Source: Macrostomum hystrix
Taxonomy: Eukaryota; Animalia; Platyhelminthes
Direction of reading: 5' to 3'
DNA: 64,000 bases
Assembly (NCBI GenBank): GCA_950097015.1
Contig: CATNEN010000025.1
Location: 8,556,001 to 8,620,000 of the forward strand
Positions within the stretch are counted from its first letter, which is position 1. Each line of letters starts with the position of its first letter. This document shows positions 50,421 to 61,700 of the stretch, in pieces. The position numbers and the translations under genes were made by a program. The notes under the pieces are model-generated. The model worked only from the letters and a program-made list of their open reading frames with translations, did no database searches and was not told the DNA's origin.

Positions 50421-52073
50421 TGCTGTCATGCCGAACCGGGCCTGCGCTGAAATGAATTGTTGATCTCTGGGGGCGGATTTTGTCTAATCATTCTCCTTTC
50501 GGTTGCTCGCACTTTCTGCTGTTGCTATTTTTAGTTTTAGTTACCAACTAACGCTCGCTTAAATTCCATTCAGATTTCTAAGTCTTATAGGTTGATTTTC
50601 GTATTATTTCGTATTTCCTTTCATTTTGTTTTTCGCATTCTGAACGACATAATGAAAAAACAAAAAATTAAACTTAAAAGAAGTGCATACCTAATGACTG
50701 TCTTCCGATTTAAAGTTTTCGCGTATCTGCATTCAATCAAATTATAATCCGAAGATTTTCCTATAACTTGTTATTCCATTAGTTATACATGCATATTTGA
50801 AACTAAAAGTCCAAAATATTACCTCTCTGTTTTTTTTACAGTTTTTTCCTACATGCTTTTAAGTGTTCTGGAATGTCACATTTTGACTTCAATTATCCGT
50901 CTATTTTTTGATATCGTGATTTTCTGGCCATTGTAGGATAGTGGTCAATACAACGGCAATTTAAATCACATATTTAGATAATATTTAGATATACTTGATA
51001 TTGTGATGTAGAGTTTATACAGAAATACACAGAGTTAGAAGAAGAAAATTATATGTTCTATTATGTTAACTTTTTCAACTTTTGCTTTTACCTTGTTTGC
51101 TGTAATGACGTTTTGTTCGTTAAAATAAACACTTTCCATCATTAAATATTAATGGCTAGCTAATAGTTAAACATTTTTCTCGATCTCACAAATCTCTGTG
51201 AAATCACTCTAAAAAAAGTTTGTTTAGAGTGAAGTGCAGCAATATATACAACACGTTATAGGTGATTAAAAAATTTTGTAATTCAAATCTTGTCATATTT
51301 GTTTATTATATAATTAAATAAATCAGTACAATCCCACTAATTTATTTAGCATTTCATTGTGATTTTCTACATAATCTGTATAATAATTACCTATCTAAGA
51401 TTTTTCTTTTATTAGTATGACTGCAAACTTTTACTTTTCACAAATAAACGTCAAATAAAACTACTGGGTACATTAAATCAATTGGAATTATCTAGAATTC
51501 GTTAATTTTATCTGATGTTATAAGAAGATGGCAGTGATTCATAATTTTACTTTTTTACTTGTTTGGGTTTAGCATACTTAAAAAGACCATTATATTATTA
51601 TTAGAAATTAGAAATTACATAGTTTGAAATTACACAGAAATACCAAATTTCAACATAAACTATAAATGTATATTTATATAAAAATCATTTTGAACTTTCT
51701 TACAAATGTTGATGGGTCTGTTTGAATTTTTTTATTTTTATATGTTGATTTTGGCTCCAGTTGTATGAAAATGTAGGTCCATATCTTTTGTTTGTATATA
51801 GCTACAGCTACAAGTGATCGCTTATACAACCAAAAGTATTTTTTATATTTGAAAGATAAACATGAGTAACTAGCAAAACAGCATATTTGTTATGCTACAC
51901 AGCTTTAATGTTTTATTCCTTGTATTATATTGTTTGTCACTAACTAGGTAACCAAAATAACCAAAACTTTTTTTGCAAAACTGTTAGATTGGTTTGATCT
52001 AGTTGGTAAATTTAGTCAGTTTAGTGATTTAGTGAATTAGTAATTTAGTGATAATGGAAATAATTCTGGTCCA

Positions 52074-52828
52074 ATGGCTGCCAAAAACCCCGCCTCCAGG
52101 CTGGCCTGGCCCTGCCTCGTGTGGTCATCCTCGGGGACTCACTGACGCAGTTCGGTTGGTCTAGCACAGCCAGCTGGGTTTCCCGCATTGCCGACTCTCT
52201 GCTTCGTCGCTGCGACATTGTCAACCGGGGCTTCTCTGGCTACAATAGCCGCTGGTGTCGCATGATGGCGCCGGCCCTGTACCCTCCTGGCAGCCTGGCC
52301 ACGGGTGTGGCAGCCTTTGTTGTCTTCCTAGGCGCCAATGACTCCCACCGGGCTGGCAGTACAACACAGCACATCGATGTCGCAGACTATGAGGCCGAGC
52401 TGGTTCATATAGCCAAGTATTTGACAGGTCCGGCGGGCCTGTCACCGTCGGCGCTGATCTTCTGCAGTCCGCCGCCGGTTGACGACGTCGCCTGGGACAG
52501 GTGCTGCCAAGACAGGTTCGGCACGCCAGGCACAAAGGCTTTGGACGACATGCCTCCTTATAGGGACGCTTGCCGTCGTGCTGCTGACACTGTCGGGGCG
52601 TCGTTCTGCAATGTCTACGACGGCTTTCTGGAGTCCGGTGTTGGCGACGCTTGGCGGAGCCAGTTCAGCGACGGGCTGCACTTTAGCCCGGAGGGTGCGG
52701 ATAGAATGTTCCAACTGATCTGGCCTGAAATCGATAAGCGCACTCGTCATCTACCAATGCTGGCACCAGAATGGCGAGAGGTTGATCCCAATAACCTAGA
52801 CGAGTCACTTGTTAATTTGGTTGGTTGA
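52074..52828 (+). CDS. IAH1: Isoamyl-acetate-hydrolysing esterase 1 homologue (SGNH/GDSL); start codon problematic
   Basis: ORF 52121-52828 has VILGDSLTQ, DIVNRGFSGYNSRW, FLGANDS, PPPVD, DGLHFS, P.WREVD; nearest ATG (52074) is out of frame with it. Confidence 0.85.
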
Positions 52829-53259
52829 AAACTTTTTGAATAACAGCTTCGGTATTCGATTGAGTTCATTGAGTTGGTTGGCAATACTTCATTTGAAGCT
52901 GAATGAAGTACTTCTTTCCTTGTTATTTTTATAGTGTAAAAGTACTTTTTCCACCGCAATAATTATGATTCCACATTTGTTTTTTTATAGTTCAGACAAA
53001 GTAATCCACTCGTTAGGTTGCATTGCTTGCAATAGCATTAAGTAATACGCATCTGTGCCATTATTTTGTTTTGTAATAAATAGACACTACTCGCTTGGTT
53101 ATGATTTCAGCAGTTTTTCGCTTTCTAATATTTTAATTTTAACTAACTTTCACTGACGAATTTTAATTAATCTGACGCATGCTTAGAAGGGGAAGACTTA
53201 TGAACTGTGATTAGCACTAAATTCTTGCATCCACCCTCTCAACTTCAGCTAATTTCTGA

Positions 53260-55329
53260 ATGGCCGACAGCGGCGACAATGTTCGCGTGGTGGTGCGCTG
53301 CCGCCCCATCAACCAGAAGGAGAAAGACGCCGGTCACAAGGTGATTGTGAAGGTGGACGAGCTGCGCGGCTCCATTGAAATCGCCAATCCAGCAGGCCCG
53401 GCCTCCGAGCCGCCCAAGACTTACACCTTTGATATTGTGTTCGGCATGACCTGCAAGCAGGTTGACGTCTACAACAAGGTCGCCAGACCCATTGTTGATT
53501 GCGTCATCGAAGGCTACAACGGCACAATATTCGCGTACGGCCAGACTGGAACAGGAAAGACTTTCACAATGGAAGGTGTCAGGACGGTCCCAGAGCTTCG
53601 TGGCATCATTCCCAACTCATTCGCCCACGTCTTCGGTGCCATCAGCAAGGCTACAGCCAATGTGACATTTCTTGTGCGAGTCTCCTACCTGGAGATCTAC
53701 AACGAGGAGGTACGAGACCTGCTTGGCAAGGACCAGACAGCGAGGCTTGAGGTGAAAGAGCGCCCTGACGTTGGTGTGTACGTGAAGGACCTGTGCAGCT
53801 TCGTGTGTCACAGTCCAGATGAGATGGACAAGCTGATGACCGTGGGCAATAAGAATCGAATGGTTGGGGCAACAAATATGAATGAGCAAAGTTCGAGATC
53901 TCATGCAATATTCACTGTCACAATAGAATGCTCAGAACAAGCCCAGAGCGGCAAGACAATGTTGCGTCAGGGCAAGCTGCATCTCGTCGACCTGGCAGGC
54001 AGCGAGCGACAGGCAAAGACTGGAGCGACTGGTGTGAGACTGAAGGAGGCCACGAAGATAAACCTGTCTCTTAGTACCCTCGGCAATGTAATCTCCGCTC
54101 TGGTGGACGGAAAGAGCACTCACATTCCGTACCGAAACAGCAAGCTGACCCGTCTGCTCCAGGACTCGCTTGGAGGCAACAGCAAGACAGTGATGTGTGC
54201 CAACTTTGGTCCCGCTGATTATAACTTTGACGAGACAATCAGCACCCTTCGATATGCCAATCGCGCTAAGAACATCAAGAACAACGCCAAGATCAACGAG
54301 GATCCGAAGGACGCGATGCTGAGACAGTTCCAGAAGGAGATCGAAGATCTGAAGAAACAGCTGGAGGATGGTGGTGGCATGGTTGATGGGGATGAAGATG
54401 ACGAAGAAGAAGAAGACGATGATGACGTCGTGGTCGGCGAAGATGGGCAGCAGCGTCGAGTGCGAAAGCGGCGCAGCTTTAAGAGTTTGTCCAAAGACCA
54501 GATGCAAGAAATCGAGCAGCGAATCGCCGCGGATCGTCGCCGACTAGAGAAGGACCAGAACATGGCCGAGGAGGAGCGTGACCGTGTCCGCCAGCAGCTG
54601 GAGTCGCAGGAGCGCGAACTGACTCGGCATCGTCAGGAGCAGCGGGCGTTGGAACAAAAGCTATCGGACCTGGAGAAGCGGCTCATTGTCGGTGGAGAGA
54701 ATTTGTTGGAGAAGGCCACCGAGCAGGAGCGGCTTCTTGAACAGAATGCCAAGGAGTTGGAGGCTAGGCGCCGCGAAGAGGAGCGACTTCGAGCCCAGCT
54801 GAAGGAAAAGGAGCAGGCGAAAGTGGAGATCGAGGATCGCTACCGCAGTCTGGACGAAGAGGCCACCGCCAAGACACGCAAGCTTAAACGGCTCTGGCAG
54901 GCCTACATGGAAACGAAATCCGAGCTGGCCGACGTTCAGGCGGAGCACCAGCGCGAGATGGAGGGCCTATTAGAGAATGTTCGCCAGCTTAGCATGGATC
55001 TGCGACTCCAGATGCTGGCCATCGACCAGTGCATTCCGCGTGAATATCAGGAGCTCATTGAAAGTAGCGTGGTCTACAATGACGCCATTGGCGAGTGGCA
55101 GCTGAAGGGCGTTGCCTACTCGGGTAACAACATGCGCAAGAGAGCAGCCGAGGCCGAGGAAAAGGAGAAGAAAGAGTTAGAAGAGAAATTCGCCGAGCCG
55201 CCCCTGGAAACTGTCTACCTGTCCTACAGTGAGCGGCTGGATAGCGCGGTGTTCAAGCCCAGTGTTCGCTCTGCCAAGGGCAGGAAGTCGGCCAAGAGTG
55301 CAGGCAGGAAGAAGAAATCGGCTACCTGA
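53260..55329 (+). CDS. KIF3A: Kinesin-2 motor subunit KIF3A, copy 1 (689 aa, intronless CDS)
   Basis: P-loop [37 protein letters not shown], acidic linker, coiled coil, C-terminal [13 protein letters not shown] typical of KIF3A. Confidence 0.95.
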   Translation: MADSGDNVRVVVRCRPINQKEKDAGHKVIVKVDELRGSIEIANPAGPASEPPKTYTFDIVFGMTCKQVDVYNKVARPIVDCVIEGYNGTIFAYGQTGTGKTFTMEGVRTVPELRGIIPNSFAHVFGAISKATANVTFLVRVSYLEIYNEEVRDLLGKDQTARLEVKERPDVGVYVKDLCSFVCHSPDEMDKLMTVGNKNRMVGATNMNEQSSRSHAIFTVTIECSEQAQSGKTMLRQGKLHLVDLAGSERQAKTGATGVRLKEATKINLSLSTLGNVISALVDGKSTHIPYRNSKLTRLLQDSLGGNSKTVMCANFGPADYNFDETISTLRYANRAKNIKNNAKINEDPKDAMLRQFQKEIEDLKKQLEDGGGMVDGDEDDEEEEDDDDVVVGEDGQQRRVRKRRSFKSLSKDQMQEIEQRIAADRRRLEKDQNMAEEERDRVRQQLESQERELTRHRQEQRALEQKLSDLEKRLIVGGENLLEKATEQERLLEQNAKELEARRREEERLRAQLKEKEQAKVEIEDRYRSLDEEATAKTRKLKRLWQAYMETKSELADVQAEHQREMEGLLENVRQLSMDLRLQMLAIDQCIPREYQELIESSVVYNDAIGEWQLKGVAYSGNNMRKRAAEAEEKEKKELEEKFAEPPLETVYLSYSERLDSAVFKPSVRSAKGRKSAKSAGRKKKSAT

Positions 55330-56641
55330 ACTGTGTCCGGAGACGAAGCTTTGTCCAGCGTACAGCTTTCGCTCCGTTGAAAATTTATTAAATATTATCC
55401 CAGTCGTTTTTTTAAGAAAAACTTCTAATGGCCAGGTAGAAGACTAAATGTTTTTGCAACGAAACCTTTTGTAGTGGGATTTCATGATATTGACAAAAAT
55501 TCGAATAAAAATCGTGTGGTATGGTTTTTTATTATCAAGCGTTAACAATGCAGTTTTTAGGTTACGTTCTGACATTAGTTTTAGCCGTTTTTTGGGTTGG
55601 GATCACAACGTTGGGATTTAGAAAATGGAAAGTTAAAAACGGTCACATTTTTTGTTTTCGGTGGCAGTATACAAGGCAATGTACTCATAATTGAAAGCAA
55701 TGTACTGTTTATCTTTTCTAACCATTTTATTTGTTAGCATGACTGTATCCGTCCAGATGCTGAGCAGTGAGCACTCACAGCTTCTCTCACAATAATGTCA
55801 CTGATGATTATACTGCTTATTGAATGCCTCTGATTTGTGTCTAATGTCGAACTCAAATGTGCTCGCGCGGTAACTTAATTGAGCCAAGCTGAATCTTTTA
55901 TTCAACTATTCTTTTGATTGCGAGTTTAAAAACGATATGACTATAGACCTATTATTCAATCTTTTCTTTTTTAAGCAAGTTTTAGTAATGACCCGAACAC
56001 GAGCAAGGATATGTGCAATCTATTTTCTTCAATTTATGCCTTTTTAAAAGTCTCTTTGGGTTGCTTTCAATTCGATAGAAGCTTAAAGTTTAGTAAGCTA
56101 AAAATTATATTGATCCTAGTCCAGCTGTTTTGTGAATTAATATATTTCAATTTACAAACAAGCGACTGCATGCTTTGTTTTGAAAAACTCGAGAATCTCT
56201 TCACTTTGGCTTGATTTCAGGCCTCTTTATTTGGTTTCTCACGACCTTTTTATCGTTTTCTTATTTACACATTTATGCCTTGTGGCTAAGCCTTTTCTAG
56301 TTTAACAATAAATACGTGCAATATGGATACTTGTGGACATCAGTTACAATCGTATTTTATTCATTTTTTATTACTATGTTTAATTGCAACTGAATCGGAG
56401 TAAAAATGTATTGGATCCACAAACTCAGAATTCTCTTTATATGCAGTCTCATTCGCTCATGCACGTACTTGCCCTAAAAATAATAGAGTTATATAGTTAA
56501 AAGACTGCCTGTGCATTCAAATTGCTTTGATAATTTAAAGTATTTTGTAAATTCGCTCGTACAATGATGTACATATAAATTTGCCTGACTTAAATTGATG
56601 TAGTATATTTTACTTCTTACTTTTGCAGCAAACGACAAGCG

Positions 56642-58726
56642 ATGTCGCAAGAGACGGAGGACAATGTGAAGGTGGTGGTCAGGTGCCGGCCACTCAGCCA
56701 GAAGGAGATCACAGAGGGCAACAAGGTGACCGTCAAGATCGATGAGCTGCGCGGAACTGTGGAAATCACCGAACCAGATGTTGTCCGCTCAGAGGGTATG
56801 GCCCATCACGTTGGAGAACCGAAAACCTTCACTTTCGATCACGTGTTTGGCATGCAAAGCAAGCAGGTGGACATCTACAACAAAGTGGCCAGACGAATTG
56901 TCGACTTTGTTCTGGAAGGCTACAACGGCACAATATTCGCGTACGGCCAGACTGGAACAGGAAAGACTTTCACAATGGAAGGTGTCAGGACGGTCCCAGA
57001 GCTTCGTGGCATCATTCCCAACTCATTCGCCCACATCTTTGGTGCCATCAGCAAGGCTACAGCCAATGTGACCTTTCTTGTGCGAGTCTCCTACCTGGAG
57101 ATCTACAACGAGGAGGTGCGAGACCTGCTTGGCAAGGACCAGACAGCGAGGCTTGAGGTGAAAGAGCGCCCTGACGTTGGTGTGTACGTGAAGGACCTGT
57201 GCAGCTTCGTGTGTCACAGTCCAGATGAGATGGACAAGCTGATGACCGTGGGCAATAAGAATCGAGTTGTGGGTGCTACAAATATGAATGAGCACAGCTC
57301 AAGGTCTCATGCAATTTACACGGTGACGGTCGAATGCTCTGAGAAGGCAGTGACCGGCAAGACAATGTTGCGTCAGGGCAAGCTGCATCTCGTCGACCTG
57401 GCAGGCAGCGAGCGTCAGTCAAAGACTGGAGCGACTGGTGTGAGACTGAAGGAGGCCACGAAGATAAACCTGTCTCTTAGTACCCTCGGCAATGTAATCT
57501 CCGCTCTGGTGGACGGAAAGAGCACTCACATTCCGTACCGAAACAGCAAGCTGACCCGTCTGCTTCAGGACTCGCTTGGAGGCAACAGCAAGACAGTGAT
57601 GTGTGCCAACTTTGGTCCCGCTGATTATAACTACGACGAAACCATGAGCACTCTGCGATACGCTAATCGCGCTAAGAACATCAAGAACAGCGCCAAGATC
57701 AACGAGGATCCGAAGGACGCGATGCTGAGACAGTTCCAGAAGGAGATCGAAGACCTGAAGAAGCAGCTGGAGGACGGCGGCGGCTTCATAGAGGGTGACG
57801 AAGAAGAAGATGACGATGAAGATGATGAAGATGTTGTTGTCGGCGATGGCCAGAAGCAGAGGAGGAAGCGCAATCAGTTCAGAGGTTTGTCGGATGAAGA
57901 GATGAAAAAAATTGAGGCGGCTCTCCGTTTCGATTTGAAAAAGCTGGAGAGTGACTCGAAAATGTCTGAGGAGGCAAAGAACGAAGCTCTAAAACGCTTG
58001 CAGGCGAAGCAACAGGAGCTGGATGAGCACAAGAAGGATCGCGAAGCCCTGCAGCGTAAGATGGAGAATCTGATGGGCCGGCTCATTGTCGGAGGTGAGA
58101 ACTTGTTAGAGAAGTCTGAGGCACAGGAGAGATTGCTAGAAGCTGCTAACCTTGAGTTGCAGAAGCGTAAGAAGGAGGAAGAGAGACTGCGCGCTCAACT
58201 GAAAGAGAAGGAACAGGCGAAGGTCGAAATCGAGGATCGTTATCGTAGTCTTGGCGAAGAGTCTGAGGGTAAGACTCGCAAGCTCAAGAAGGTTTGGGAG
58301 ATTTACACAAAGGCCAAGGATGAGCTGGCAGAGGTTCAGGAGGTGCACCACCGCGAGATGGAGGGCCTATTGGAGAATGTGCGCCAGCTGAGCAAAGATC
58401 TGCGACAGCATCTACTTATCATCGACCAGTGTATTCCGCGCGAGTATCAGGAGCTCATTGAACAGAACATCATCTGGAATGAGTCAACTGGCGAGTGGCA
58501 GCTGAAGGGCGTGGCCTACTCAGGTAACAACATGCGCAAGAGAGCAGCCGAGGCCGAGGAAAAGGAGAAGAAAGAGATGGAAGAGAAGTTCGCCGAGCCA
58601 GCCCTGGAAACTGTTTACCTGTCCTACAGCGAGCAGTTGGATCATCAGGTGTTCAAGCAGAGCGGTGGCGGCAAGTCCAGAAAGTCAGCTAAGCGAAGCA
58701 AGCGCAGAGCTGCTGGGAAAGATTAA
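56642..58726 (+). CDS. KIF3A: Kinesin-2 motor subunit KIF3A, copy 2 (694 aa, intronless CDS)
   Basis: Same motif set as copy 1; blocks of near-identical DNA to copy 1. Confidence 0.95.
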   Translation: MSQETEDNVKVVVRCRPLSQKEITEGNKVTVKIDELRGTVEITEPDVVRSEGMAHHVGEPKTFTFDHVFGMQSKQVDIYNKVARRIVDFVLEGYNGTIFAYGQTGTGKTFTMEGVRTVPELRGIIPNSFAHIFGAISKATANVTFLVRVSYLEIYNEEVRDLLGKDQTARLEVKERPDVGVYVKDLCSFVCHSPDEMDKLMTVGNKNRVVGATNMNEHSSRSHAIYTVTVECSEKAVTGKTMLRQGKLHLVDLAGSERQSKTGATGVRLKEATKINLSLSTLGNVISALVDGKSTHIPYRNSKLTRLLQDSLGGNSKTVMCANFGPADYNYDETMSTLRYANRAKNIKNSAKINEDPKDAMLRQFQKEIEDLKKQLEDGGGFIEGDEEEDDDEDDEDVVVGDGQKQRRKRNQFRGLSDEEMKKIEAALRFDLKKLESDSKMSEEAKNEALKRLQAKQQELDEHKKDREALQRKMENLMGRLIVGGENLLEKSEAQERLLEAANLELQKRKKEEERLRAQLKEKEQAKVEIEDRYRSLGEESEGKTRKLKKVWEIYTKAKDELAEVQEVHHREMEGLLENVRQLSKDLRQHLLIIDQCIPREYQELIEQNIIWNESTGEWQLKGVAYSGNNMRKRAAEAEEKEKKEMEEKFAEPALETVYLSYSEQLDHQVFKQSGGGKSRKSAKRSKRRAAGKD

Positions 58727-61700
58727 ATTTTTTCGTCATACAAAACATCGTCTCCTCTAGTATCGTGTCCCCTCTTCTTCTAGGAGTTATCTGTTACCAT
58801 CTGGCCGTTAAGAATTCGTTTGTTTTCTATTTTCGTCTTTTGGATTCTTTGCTCTTTGGATTTTTTGAAATAGTGATTTTGACTTAAATAATGAACAATG
58901 GTGCTAGCTAGTAGCTGGAGCTGCCGACCATTTATCAAATGAAGTATTTAGATTGGTTCATATCTCTTTTACTTATAATTGCAACACTGTGAGTATTCAA
59001 GAGTCTTCGCACAATACTACTATATTGACTAATTTATATTTTATATCCATATTTTGTCCTGAAAGTTATCAGCGAATATTTCCGACCGTTAATGCTTTTG
59101 TGAGAACGACTTGGAGTTTGTTCGTTGGATTTAGTAGTTTTTTAACCAACAAACTGAGGTGTATATTACTTTTTTATTCTTGTATTATTGTGTTTTTTAG
59201 CTCTTCCAAGCCGTCCATAGAGTGAATCTGCAAAGTGATGTCTTTGATCGAGTTATTTTTTTCTAATTGTAAATGATGTGCTTCGCATTCCACTCTTTTA
59301 TATCTGACTTTGTACATTCTGGACTTTTTCCCCAAAATAAAGAGTTCAGACTGCTACTCTACTTAGTAAGTAGCCAGGCTCGCGTATAATTCTATGTTCA
59401 AGTGTGCACAAAAAATAGAAATTTATGAAGAAAAAAATATTGCAAAAAGCCGTCGCATTTCTTCTTTTATGTGAGATTGTGAGTTCCGATGTCCCGAATT
59501 TCCTCTAATCTGGTCTTTCTTTCCTTATGGTTTAAAACCGCAATACGCAATTAGAAATCTATGTACTTTCCTGGAGTCCAATCCGGGTCTGAAAAAAGGA
59601 GAGGGCAAGTTCAGCAAAACAAACGCATGCATTTAATGATTTGTACGCGCTGTACCCTGCCTACCTACCTATCTGATCTATCCACACAGACACAGCTAAG
59701 TACAGGTCCGTGTCGAGTCACCTACACTTCTGCACTCGCGCATGTTTGGCTTGCGCAAAGCAAGGCCCCCTTCTTCTTGACCCAGACAGTTCGCGGATGA
59801 GTCACTTCTTATTTAGCGGGCCGAATCAAACCTTCCTATCAACTCGGACCTGTCCTCACCAGATCGCGCCACCCAAACCCGCACACCCCCTTCCTATTCC
59901 GTACCCCTACAGCAAGTCCAACTAAAAGGACTAAAAATAAAAATACTCTTCTGTGTGTTTGTGTGTGCTTCCTTATTCCTTCCACTCCTATTCTTTCTTT
60001 CTTTCCAGAGTCCCTCATGAATAGGTTGAGATTGAGAAGCAATAAAGTCGTATTTTTGCTTGGCCAATTTACTGTTCACAGCACACTGCAGAAAGTGGAA
60101 AATTGTCACAATACATTCTGCTGGTTTGATATTCAATTGATACTGTTCACTGTGTTGTTATTGTTGTAGAAATAATTCTGGTCAGACTTGACTTGAGTTG
60201 AAGTAGGCAATCTTGTGTCTGCAATGTCATTGGGAATGGATGGGTTAATTATCATTAATTATCATTTGATTCAGTACGGTGAATTAAGTGACAAGATAAA
60301 AATATTGCAGATGACTCGTTTTTAGCAGGCCATCACACAAACAAATTATTTCGAATTTAACCACATTGTACATTATTTTCTAGCATCCAATTATCTGAAT
60401 TCATGGCCCAACAATAATACTTTTTTTATCAACAATCTATGATTATTTACCTTTATGGAGTCAGCTATTAAAGACCCGCGCGAGCCATTCGCCTGTTATA
60501 TTAGCTTAGTTTTATGGTTTCAATAACTTATCTTTAGCATAATTACGAGTATATACAAGTGCTAAAAATAATTATTATTGTTTACTGACTTAACTCCAGG
60601 CCTTATTTATTTATTTCTGCCTTGGGTGCCTGGGAGTCATCGGAGTCTCAGGCTATATAGCCTCTCAGTCCTCACCTTAATTGAAACTCAAATTGCAGAA
60701 TTGCAGTCCTCAAAGTTACGAGTAGTTAATTTGGCAAGAGCAAAAAAACAAGACAAAGCAAAAATTAAAGACAGAGTTAGGTAGGTTAAAGCTAAAGAAT
60801 TTGCACCGGGCCGAACCCGGCGACGCAGACAAAGACCCGAGGCCCTAGGGCCTAGAATGCCGATCTGAAGTTCCCTTATAAAAAGACTGTAAACAACCAT
60901 ATCAAAGTTCTCTTATCTATGGCCTTAACTCCCTCGCTGTCTCCCGATGTGTTATCCATTCAGTATCGAGTGTTTCCCACACTCACTCCATTAAGTTCCT
61001 CCTCCCTTTTCTCTAGACTTAAAAGTAACAAAAAATACGGCCTAAACAAAAATTCTTTGTAGACCCCACCCAGATGGGCCCCAGCCACCACTGGGGCCAC
61101 CACTCCACCAGCCCCACTCCTGGCCTGGAGCCCATGCCGATGGGCATAGCACACGAGACTTCGAATTGAATTGGAAGAAGGGGAGTAATTACAATAAAAG
61201 TGCGGGTAATTGGTCGTAAACAAAAACACGAGGAACACAAGTTGTTCTATCTCTTTACCGAGACACTTCCTTCTTTGTTAGCTCTTTGTTCGCTAAGCTA
61301 AGCTAAGGTATCCAATTGATTGGTGTGTGTGTGTGCGTTGGTGTGCATATTTGTTTCTAAGAAATGCTGTAAAAATCTTAACGGTCGGTGAACGTTAGTA
61401 ACCTGTACTTAGATTGGGTGAATCATATTAAAGTCCTGTTAAGTAAAGCTAGTAATTTCATTTCATTAGTTGACTTTGTAAATAGCAGCTAAAGCCGAAG
61501 TAAAAGAAATGCGAAAGCCTTATGCTCCTAGAAGCAGACAATATGAAACTGTGGAAAAAACCAACGAAACACTTGCTATATTATTTTCTTTAACGACATT
61601 ACAAGAAGTACTGAAGCTAGATTAATTTCTTTGTTTTTCTATGTTGAAATTCTGTGTTTAACAAAGAGAAACTTGTCACATGTTAGTCTCGGTGTGGGTT

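Noticed and set aside
50115-50463. GC-rich ORFs on both strands
   Set aside because: Explained by a degenerate 38-bp repeat; no splice signals or protein motif.
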